From Trichoplax sp. H2 (taxonomy: Eukaryota), in contig NOWV01000316.1 in assembly GCA_003344405.1 (NCBI GenBank), positions 1 to 50,118 of the forward strand: a stretch of DNA of 50,118 bases, in the 5' to 3' direction. Shown one piece after another: positions 13,230-24,010 of this stretch. The notes under the pieces are model-generated. The model was not told the origin of the DNA. It made no database searches and worked only from the letters and a program-made list of their open reading frames with translations. How positions within the stretch are numbered: the stretch's first letter is position 1; each line of letters opens with the position of its first letter. The position numbers and the translations under genes are program-made.

Positions 13230-13379
13230 GACCAGTGCATTAGTAGATATTGCATACGATCATCGTAATAAGACATATAAATGCAGTCGATTGGATGAGG
13301 ATTTGTGCACAGAAAGTTTCAAGTTGGACTTTCGAGTGTTGACAATTCCATGGAGAGGTCGACGATCGCTATCTAACAG

Positions 13380-13900
13380 AGTGGTGCAGTACAGTCTAGT
13401 ACAATCGTGTGTATCAGCTTTTGAGTACACTGTACCGTATTCCAGCTACTGTACACTGTACACTGTACACTCTAGTCGAGTACAGTACAGTACTGTACTG
13501 TCAATACTGTACAACTTCTCAATACTCTGTGGCCCTGTGTACATGTACAGTACGTACGTACTGTACAGTATAGTACTTACTGGATACAAACATGAGTTTG
13601 CAATGCACACTCATGCAGTAGCCCCCTGTCATCTTACTTACACTACAGCGTGAGTCCTAGCTTCCCAGAGTTTATAAAATGATGAAATTAATGTACTGTA
13701 CTGTACATGTAAAGTACACAGTAAGAACTTTATGTAAGGTGGCAGGGGCTAGAGTCCATTCACTGTACTGGACAACTGCACAAGAGCGCAGTCAGGCATT
13801 GCTAAAATGTTTTCTCTCTGTCCCTGGTGCTGGTACAGTACAAACTAAAGTGTACTGTTCTGTACTGTACACTGTACACTGTACAGCAGATGAATTGTTG
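13380..13900. repeat. TACAG/CTGTA pentamer island upstream of SNRNP48
   Basis: Runs such as gtacactgtacactgtacac, gagtacagtacagtactgtactg and tgtactgtacactgtacactgtacag. Confidence 0.85.
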
Positions 13901-14275
13901 GCAAAAATAGTGTCAGTGTGACGTTCGATAAGGGTAGTTACTTACACTGCCAAGTGGAATCGATATAGGTGACATCATTTCACTTCGTACAGACTAACGT
14001 GCACAAACTAAAGTGTACTGTACTGTACAGTAGATGAATTATTGGCAAAAATAGTGTCACCATGACGTTCGATTAGGGTAACCACTTACACTGCCAAGTG
14101 GAACCGATATAGGTGACATCATTTCACTTTGCACGGACTACAGTGCATAAACTAAAGTGTACTGTACAGTAGATGAATTGTTGGCAAAAATAGTGTCACT
14201 ATGACGTTCCATTAAGGTACTCACTTACAGTGCCACGTGGAATCGATATAGGTGACATCATTTCACTTCGCACAG
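13840..14275. repeat. Minisatellite, 3 copies of an ~145-160 bp unit, each with an internal imperfect hairpin
   Basis: aaactaaagtgtactg..agatgaatt(g/a)ttggcaaaaatagtgtca..tgacgttc..acttaca(c/g)tgcca(a/c)gtggaa(t/c)cgatataggtgacatcatttcactt occurs three times. Confidence 0.92.
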
Positions 14276-15864
14276 TACTAGGACTGGACAGTACAGTACC
14301 ATACAGTGTAATGGACTCATTGCTCTTCTCCATGGCTACGGTTCTGGCTACTGTCGTCATCATCAACAGATCTCAAATTAAGCCTTAGTCATGGACTACT
14401 AGAAGAAATCCGTTTTTTTTTAGCTCATGCCTTAATATATAAGTTAATACAGCTTACATACTGCTTACAAGGTACTATGACAAAATTATTGAATACTGTA
14501 CAGTACAGTAAATACCATTAACTGTTCAATTATGAATCATGATTCGTACTGGATAGTGAACAGTATAACAACAATAAGAATTCAATTTGCGCAATTGCTC
14601 AAGTAAAGTACGAAGTGAGGGTATTGAAATTCTACTCAGTGAACAAGTAAACAAGTCAAGTATCACGAACTGTGGATCGAATAGTATTAATTCTAATCCA
14701 GCTTGTACTCTGTACTGTTAGCAAGGAAAATAAAATAAAAATTTGGACTTGTAACTTTAAATAAACAAAAATTTTAAAATAATAATCTCAATGGTACAAA
14801 TGTGCAAGACTTCAAAATGATATTCACAATACCGCTAATTGGCTTATTTTTCATTTTATACTTAGTAATCTTCGTACGTACCAATGCATACCTCCCTTTA
14901 TTGCAGTTTATGTAGCAAAGAATTACATTATATTAATTAATACTTAATTGCCGCGATGTCATTCCCAATTAAAAAATGCGGTAAGTTAGATCAGTATCTG
15001 TCCACCGTCAGCTATAGTTTTACATTAACGTGCAAATGAGTGCATACAGATACTGGGTATGGCTGATATCAAGCACGGTAGGCAAGTAATCTCGAAGGCA
15101 CTGTATAAGGTCTTGCAAAAATTGAACTTTATCCTTGGATCTGAAATTGATGGAGGCTCGTAGTAGAACTAGAACATATTAATACTACGCGTAAAACAGA
15201 AAGATTCCTCTTGATAGCACTGTTTGCAAGTTGCTGCTTATTATTATCGAATATGATTAAATATTGGATAATTTGGTAATTATTAAAAAATATCATTGGA
15301 TTTATAGTACAATTCATATCCTGTATGCTATAAATCATCTTACAAGAACGAAATTAATTAAATACTATCAATCGTAGCTAATAATATGCATATTAATGAG
15401 ATTAATATATCGTCTAAACTTTAAGGATATATTATGCTATCAGTAAGTAAGTATATGCAGATCTACCAGCATAGTATGAAATCTACGCTACTGCAATACG
15501 TACACTATGGATCACGCTAAACCTGCTAAAATAAATCCAAGTAGGCATATAAATCGAGTAATATAAATATACAGTATGATCATGATGTGCGTTTATACAT
15601 ATGGTATGGGGTAGATCAGAGTACAAATACCTTACTATCCAGAAAGTGATCGAGGCCTACTAAGTAGTGTATATAGTGTACTTACGCTAATACAGTAGAC
15701 TAGAGTGCTATACTGTGAATATATACGAGTTACAATATTATTTCATCTACTATGAAAATTGTAGGATATTTAATTCGAGAATTGACCACCATTATTAATA
15801 GAGATAATTACATACACTATAGTGCACCATCAGATAGACGTAAATTGAGTCTTCACTTTAAATA

Positions 15865-18250
15865 ATGAAATCGATTCTAGCTTTACTTGCAGTAGCATTG
15901 GCCGTAGGAACTTATTATATAGGATATCAAACTTTACGAGATGTTATTAGGTCACCAAGGCAGAGCTTTGACGCCATCTTTCACGATAGCCATGGTGATG
16001 TACTTCAGAAGCAGAAACAGAGCGGCAGTAAGAATAGTTTAAGTGGTAATCCGACGAAACTCTCAATCTATTCAGAGAGAAAGGATGAAACAATTTCAGT
16101 GTCGAGCACCCTGGCTACTTCTAGTAACGTGGCAAATGGGAATTCTATGGATGATAATGACATTATTGCGGATAAAATAAAAAGAACTACTGTCTTGAAA
16201 CAAAAACCAGGAAAAGTAATGCCTAAGAAAAATAGGAATAATAATTTAGTTAGCAAGGATTCTATGGATGATTTAACACTTGCAGAAACATTTCTAAAAC
16301 AAAAGAATTATAATAAAGCTCTTGATGCTTTCGACCCGATCCTTAAGCGAGATCCAACTAATGTTTTGGCACGCTACGGCAAAGCCAAAGCTTTAGATAA
16401 GCTAGCAGAGCAGGAGCGAAGTAATCAACTGCTACATAAGGCAATTGAGAATTATCATAAAGTTGGAGAGCAACGCCACTGCTCAGTTGAGCTTAGAAAG
16501 GCTGCATATTTGCGTCTGGCTGATCGCGCGAGTTTTCTAGGTAGCCATAAAAAGGCTATGGAAGTATTAGAAAAACTAGTAAAAGAATCACCTACTGACG
16601 TTAATATTTTAAATAAATTGGGCATTCAGTATTTATTAATCAAGCAAAATTCTCAAGCTGAAAGCACATATCGAAAAGTCTTAGAGATATCACCTGATGA
16701 TGGTTTTGCACAAGTTCATTTAGGATTCCTTCTCAATACTAAGTCACAATATCATGAAGCTATCCCGTTACTCAGTGCTGGCATCAATAGTCAACAGCCA
16801 GGAACCGATGCTGCTAAATTCTACTTATATTTAGGCGATGCATTAACACGAGTGGGGAGAAAATCTGAAGTAAGAAAATGTCTATTTGATTATACGGATA
16901 TTATTTACTGAATTTATACTAATACTTATTAACTATTATACATTCATATATACGAGTATATCGGTGTATCGTTTATGAATAGCGATATAGTAAAATACTT
17001 TAGAAAAGCTAAGAATATCTAAATTGTTGTTGTTCATAGTGGGATTATTACCTTTTTTAGGCTGACTCTGTTTATAACAACGGCGTTATAAAAGGATATT
17101 TTTTGTCAGAATGGCAGAGATCACTCTACAATGTCGATAGACTACGTGGTAAACCTTGGTGGAATGCTGAAGAAACAGGATATTTATCGTCAGTTCGATT
17201 GTTAGAGAAACATTGGAAAAGTATTTTGAAAGAAGGACTAAATATCTTGAATCAAGAAACAGGTACAGTCTATATGCAAACTGGTATAATTAAATGAATA
17301 AACTCTCGAATCTATATTGCAACTTAAAGTATAATGTAAAATAAGTATAACCTATAACAAATGATAGAGCTTGATTTGTTTTGTGTATAAATAGATAGCA
17401 ATTTATTTCAAAATTTTAAGATTATTATAAGGTAGATGATTTTCTTTTTCAATTCAGCAGGTTTTCAAAGAGAGACTGAAAATCTGCGTTGTAGGGGAGA
17501 TTGGAAACAATTTCAATTGTACGTGAGAGGACAGAGGAATGATGATAACTGTAAGAGAGCTCCTCTAACTTGTAGTATTATCAATCAAATTCCTGAAGCT
17601 AAAAGCAATAAGAGGGGTCAAGTAAGCTAGTTTTATATTATGTCCCAAATTATTTGTTATCCATTAAAATTTGTGAATTTCTTCTTTTATTTCTAAAAAA
17701 TGTAATTTTGTTGTAGGTTCAATATTCTGTTATGTTTCCTGGAACACACATTTGGCCACATACTGGCCCAACCAACTGTCGATTGAGACTTCATCTTGGT
17801 CTTAAAGTCCCTTCTGCTGTTAGTATTCGAGTTGGTAATGAAACTAGGTAAATTAAATATACATTTATTATTAATACCGTGTCGTAACTTTCATAGAAAT
17901 ATTAAAATCTTGAAGCGTGGATAGCTTATAACATAGAATTGAAGGAAGTCAGATCAACTTTAAGTTGGATTGCTATTTCAGTTTACAAGTACGACTGTTG
18001 TACATACATTAGTAAATACAAATATAAATATTGAACAAGATAAATATAAATTGATGCAATGTTATCCGTATTCATTTTTAAATATTCTATTTTTACAAGA
18101 TTTTGGGAAGAAGGTAAAGTGATGATCCTTGATGATTCATTTGAACACGAAGTATGGCATAATGGAGATAGTCTTCGGTTAGTATTTATTGTAGATGTAT
18201 GGCACCCTGATCTAACAACAAGCGAAAGGGCAGAGTTATTCCCTGTCTAA
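15865..18250 (+). CDS. ASPH: Aspartyl/asparaginyl beta-hydroxylase (signal anchor, TPRs, 2OG-Fe(II) oxygenase), 5 exons
   Basis: Exons are 15865-16869, 17061-17262, 17461-17621, 17717-17847 and 18100-18250. They encode an N-terminal hydrophobic anchor, TPRs ([29 protein letters not shown]), [37 protein letters not shown] and [11 protein letters not shown]. Confidence 0.95.
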
Positions 18251-18960
18251 GTTGAGAAGTTTCGCGTTCCACCGTAGCATCGTTGATCTTTTAAAGGCAC
18301 TGAAATAACAAGAGTTTCACTACGGTTTTATAGCAAATATTCAAGTTTCATATTATCAGTTGAGTGTATAGGCACTTCTTGGAGCTACAGCTTTGCTGTA
18401 TTCACTGACATTGGAGGGTATCGCTTACGCTTCATTTAATAGAATAATTTGAAGGCATCTCCAAAGTGATATTATGCAGTAATATAAAAATTGTAACTTT
18501 AATATTGAATGCAATGTCATTTAATTAATAAAATTTCGTTTTATCGGTACAGAATCGATTGTTGAGGCAGGCTTGTTATTAGAAGCTACAGTATACTTGT
18601 ATATATTTACGGTATAAGTTACATGCGAATATGCTCGTATATATACATGTACGTATCTCTAATTGAGTAGATGTTATTGCTGGAGTAATCGTCATTGAGA
18701 GACATAATTTATAATTAATTGGACCGATTGAATTGTTTGATAAATTGCGATATTCGTATGTTAATTGGTAGACACTCTTTCTGAGGTAATTTATGTTCAC
18801 TTTTTGGTACTTAAACTATTAGCTACAGTAGTCCTGTATATTCACCACATTATATATGTTACGGCCAAAACCCGTAAATTTCGGACATTGGCCGTCACCT
18901 ATCTGCGCTAAAAGTACCGATACAAGAGCTGCTAGAAAATTGTCTAGTCTCCTTGAATTG

Positions 18961-19265
18961 TGGTATGACAATAACAGGGATTGGAGCATCGATTCTATGC
19001 AGTTATAATTGCTGTTTTCCTTCCAATCCGTGCAAAATCAGGTGCAGCAGATGCATTGAAATTTTACTTTTTTTATAGGTTTAGTCAAGGACAATTACTT
19101 TACTAGTCTTGAGCTATGGTATGACAACAACAGGGATTGGAGCATCGATTCTATTCAGTAATAATTACTGTTTTCCTTCCAGTCCGTGCAAAGTAAGGTG
19201 TAGTAGATGGATTGAAATTTTACTTTTTTTTATAGATTTAGTCAAGGACAACTCTTTTCCTAGTA
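18961..19265. repeat. Tandem duplication, 2 copies of ~156 bp
   Basis: tggtatgacaa(t/c)aacagggattggagcatcgattctat...ttagtcaaggacaa occurs at 18961 and 19117. Confidence 0.9.
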
Positions 19266-19671
19266 GTCCTTGATTTAGTACATTATACACATTGTGGATG
19301 GCGCTGCATGCGACTGTACCAATTATGCTAATTAGACTGTAGTGAGTTGGCTCCCGATGCTGATGATGATTTGTATTCGAAATTTTAATGATGCTAAACG
19401 AATTCAATACTGTAGTCCAAATGGGGAGAGGGAGGAAATATCAAGTGGCAATTGTTTAAGGTTATATATAAGTGTCATTGTAGTGATTTCAGCTAATTCC
19501 AGTAGTTTTATGTCGGCAATACAGGGATAGTATGTAATGTAGAACTGTATGTGCTAATAAAGTAAGTGTTGATCAGTACACTACAGTCATGTTTCTTGTG
19601 GTCTGATAAAGAGTTGATACATGAGATGTGGTGAGAGATTGATTTTTATGGATGAGCAAGAAGAGAAGAGA

Positions 19672-20397
19672 GACGAGGATATATGAAGGAGAAGCGAAAG
19701 GAGAGTCCACATCTAGTGTACAAAAATCAAGTACATTAAGATGAGACAGGCTCAGTTCCATATTACACGTATTCTTATCCATAAGTTACTATGAGTGACG
19801 AGGATGTGTGAAGAAGAAGCGAAAGGAGAGTCCACACTTAGTGTGCTAAAATCAAGTACATTAAGATTAGGCTCAGTTCCATATTGCACTTATTCTTATC
19901 CATAAGTTACTATGAGTGACGAGGATGTGTGATGGAGAAGCAAAAGGAGAGTCTACATCTAGTGTGCTAAAATCAAGTACATTAAGATTAGGCTCAATTC
20001 CATATTCTACAGTACGTATTCTTATCCATAAGTTACTATATGTGACGAGGATGTGTGAAGGAGAAGGGAAAGGAGAGTTCACATCTAGTGTACTAAAATC
20101 AAGTACATTAAGATTAGGCTCAATTCCATATTGCACGTATCTTATCCATAAGTTACTATGAGTGACGAGGATGTGTAAAGGAGAAGGGAAAAGAGAGTCC
20201 ACATCTAGTGTACTAAAATCAAGCACATTAAGATGAGATAGGCTCAGTTCCATATTCTACGCATTCTTATCCATAAGTTACTATGAGTGACGAGGATGTG
20301 TGAAGAAGAAGCGAAAGAAGAGTCCACATCTAGTGTACTAAAATCAAGTACATTAAGATTAGGCTCCGTTCCATATTCTACGTATTCTTATCCGTAA
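19672..20397. repeat. Minisatellite, 6 copies of a 120-126 bp unit
   Basis: gaggat..gaag(c/g)gaaaggagagtccacatctagtgtactaaaatcaagtacattaagat..ggctcagttccatatt..cttatccataagttactatgagtgac starts at 19675, 19800, 19921, 20047, 20167 and 20292. Confidence 0.95.
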
Positions 20398-20886
20398 GTG
20401 TCATCCATAGTAGAATATGGAACAAGAAGGATCTCTTGATGTGGCATTGGATCCAGATTGAAAGATTTCAAGTCGAAATGCCATGGCAACTAGCAGTCTC
20501 CACTGGGCTACAACAATGATGCACCGTTTTATAGACTGGAGAGTAGACTGTTCTCCATAAGTGTCATCCATAGTAGAATATGGAACAAGAAGGATCTCTT
20601 GATGTGGCATTGGATCCAGATTGAAAGATTTCAAGTCGAAATGCCATGGCAACTAGCAGTCTCCACTGGGCTACAACAATGATGCACCGTTTTATAGACT
20701 GGAGAGTAGACTGTTCTCCATAAGTGCCATCCATAGTAGACTATGGAACAAGAAGGATCTCTTGATGTGGCATTGGATCCAGATTGAAAGATTTCAAGTC
20801 GAAATGCCATGGCAACTAGCAGTCTCCACTGGGCTACAACAATGATGCACCATTTTATAGACTGGAGAGACTGGAGAGTAGACTGT
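20392..20886. repeat. Minisatellite, 3 near-identical copies of a 163 bp unit
   Basis: (t/c)catccatagtaga(a/c)tatggaacaagaaggatctcttgatgtggc... occurs at 20401, 20564 and 20727 (period 163). Confidence 0.95.
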
Positions 20887-21614
20887 CGCAGTCAGGGGCG
20901 CTGGTCAGAAAGCTGGCATTTTTTCTGACCTATGTCCATACAGTACAGTGTACCGTATCGCTGTAACCGACAACCACACTGTATATAAGCCCGGCAACGA
21001 GTCAGAATAGGACTGTCTTTTGCTCGATACGGCTGCAAATCTCTTGATAGTTTGCCTTGCGCTAGTCAGACTGGCGCGGTTTGCAATTGGAGAGCCTTGT
21101 GTTGCTAAGGTTTGCAGGCGTTGGGTGTGCTTATCCTTCCTTTCTTGCTAGGATGGCAATTTTTAACGTTTAGTCTACATTGCTTTTGAAATTGGCAGCC
21201 TTGTGGAATGCTTGTGGTGAATACTAAGTTGTAGAATCATCTGAATACGATAAGGTTAGTACTCTGCAATTTGTGTCAGGGATTACGTTTTACGTCTTTC
21301 CTTCTTGCAGCTGAAATGGCTACGATCGTCGGTTGTTTTTGAAACTTCTTTCAACATGAATGTGGATCATGTTGTGTACGCATACAGTAAACCACTTTGA
21401 CGATGGACATTAGATCATGATGAGTGCCATGATCGACTGATTTCTTCCTCTGTGCTATATCCATTTTACAGTCACCACTACTGTGATGGCTTTAGTCGAC
21501 GCCTTCACAAGCGATATTCCATACGGTAGAATTTTTCACGTCGTCATGGCAAGTCGAGCAGTCAGACTGATCGACTTGCCACTGTATTGCTATCCGTGGT
21601 CTTGGCAATCGTTG

Positions 21615-22035
21615 TTATTTTGGCATTGCATGTCTGTCCTAGTTAAAATAAATACATCATGCATTACAAGCTGTTGTGTATTTTCGTGGGGAACATTACT
21701 ATACTAACATTAACTAAGTCTAAGATTCAGATATATGACACAAGCCACTTTCTCCATAGTATGATGGCGCTTATTTATTGCCAGTTGAATGCCGGTAGTT
21801 ATTATTTGGCATTGCATGTCCATCCTAGTTAAAATGAATACAAATTATCATGCATTACAAGCCACTTTCTCCATAGTATGATGACGCTTGTTTATTGCCA
21901 GTTGAATGCCGGTGGTTATTATTTGGCATTGCATGTCCATCCTAGTTAAAATAAATACAAATTATCATGCATTACAAGCCACTTTCTCCATAGTATGATG
22001 GCGCTTGTTTATTGCCTCGTTGAATGCCAGTGGTT
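21615..22035. repeat. Minisatellite, ~3 copies of a 117 bp unit plus a partial copy
   Basis: caagccactttctccatagtatgat occurs at 21741, 21858 and 21975; tggcattgcatgtc..cctagttaaaat is also repeated. Confidence 0.9.
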
Positions 22036-22599
22036 AATTAATAAACAGTTCATACAATATCAACACTTATTCTAGTCTATTGACAGTATAGTTGAATTCC
22101 AGATGAATCTGGTAGTATGGTATCAGTTCATGACAGTAAGAAGGGACAAAAGCACTCTATGTAATTACGTCTGTGATGATAGTAAATCTCTACACGCCTT
22201 TCCAATCTTAACAGCATAATGTCAACTGCTCTAGAGATGGACCAAAAAGTAGACTGTACATGCAGGTGATACAGCCGATAATGACAGTACTACAGTAGAA
22301 GATTGAATGACTAAAGTCCAAGGAGAGTAATATACCTGCAGTGCAAGTTGTTCACTTCCAAACGCGAAACGCTAATATTGACATTGTTGTTCTTGTACAA
22401 TATTATTATCGGCGGTAGATTCCCAGCTGGGACTACATAAAATAACAGTATAATATTCAACTGCACTAGGGACATACTTCTAGAGTTGACGGTACTGTTG
22501 TAAGATATGGCTTACTTTACTTGCATTCAATTCGGTCTCCTTGCTAAAGTGAGCAAAATACTATCCTGTATCACAACAAGGATATCTAGAGTATTATGC

Positions 22600-23585
22600 T
22601 ACTAATAATCAATCACTAAAGAAATCGAGCCAAGGCGCTACAATTGTACAATGTACGCGTATATTCGTATATAGGCTGTACATCCGATGACAGAATTGCA
22701 CTGGAAGATAATTTCTCTCGTCTAAACTACTACAAATAACCACTCTACTTTCTACAGCGGATGACTGTAAATTGCATCCAGGTACTAGATAATTTCTCTC
22801 ATCTACAACTGTAAACTACTACAAATGGTTACTCTACTTTCTACGGTGGGTTATTGTACAAATTGCATCCAAGTACAGTAGTTGTTCAACACCAAACACC
22901 AGCATTTACCTTGTTGTTCTTGAACGTACAATACTATCGGTAGTAAAATCTCAGCCGACACTGTATAAAATAAAAGTCTGAATGATGGTATAATATCCAC
23001 TGCTCGATGTCTCAATGGTTTTCTTGTACAGTAAAACAGAGTAATTTTTCTCATCTACACTACTGGAAATGGTGACTCTACCTTCTACGGTAGTATTGCA
23101 TCCAAGTCCATTACTGTAGTTGTTCCATGACNNNNNNNNNNNNNNNNNNNNTACTAATAATCAATCACTAAAGAAATCGAGCCAAGGCGCTACAATTGTA
23201 CAATGTACGCGTATATTCGTATATAGGCTGTACATCCGATGACAGAATTGCACTGGAAGATAATTTCTCTCGTCTAAACTACTACAAATAACCACTCTAC
23301 TTTCTACAGCGGATGAAACACAAGTACAGTAGTTGTTCAACACCAAACGCCAGCATTTACCTTGTTGTTCTTGAACGTACAATACTATCGGTAGTAGAAT
23401 CTCAGCCGACACTGTATAAAATAAAAGTCTGAATGATGGTATAATATCCACTGCTCGATGTCTCAATGGTTTTCTTGTACAGTAACAGAGTAATTTTTCT
23501 CATCTACAGTACACTACTGGAAATGGTGACTCTACCTTCTACGGTAGTATTGCATCCAAGTCCATTACTGTAGTTGTTCCATGAC
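22600..23585. other. Assembly gap (20 N, 23132-23151) flanked by two copies of the same segment; probably uncollapsed alleles
   Basis: 22600-23131 and 23152-23585 both run from tactaataatc to gttccatgac. The second copy is ~98 bp shorter because of an internal indel. Confidence 0.85.
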
Positions 23586-24010
23586 CAAACACCAGTATTT
23601 GCCTTGTTATTTTCCTTCAATACTACGGTCAGTAGCAGAATCTTAGCTGGCATTTCATAAATGGGTTAGATCAAGTCCAATAGACAGGCCACCATTTTTA
23701 CATACTGTATCATAAACAAATAGGCATAATGGATCTTTACAGTTACTCTACGTCTGTGCTAGTGTAGCTTTCTCACCTTACCATTCCACATTGTCTGCTC
23801 GCCTAACAAGTAACATTTTTGACCTCTCCAACTTTAAAGGGTCTTTTTACCCTTCTTGTGATACAGTATATCAATGTTGCATCAATAACATGACAAACTA
23901 AACTGATACTACGATAGTGCGAGTATTTAGGTATAAAATTTGGTACTAAAAAAAGTTTGTACGTACGTACGCGCATTTCTCAATCTTAAGGTGTCTTTGA
24001 TGGTGGCTTC

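Noticed and set aside
14083..14105. Twister-ribozyme-like acactgccaa..gtgga
   Set aside because: The intervening P4 and pseudoknot elements are absent, so only a short sequence resemblance remains.
19790..19835. Hammerhead-like gtgacgag...cgaaag in the ~123-bp unit, and ctgatga...gaaa at ~30972
   Set aside because: The core lacks the required C or a paired stem II, and stems I and III cannot be formed.
19573..20652. ORFs within the ~123-bp and 163-bp arrays (LNVLDFSTLDV looks faintly LRR-like)
   Set aside because: Unit lengths (120-126 and 163 bp) do not preserve frame, and stops and frameshifts occur between units.
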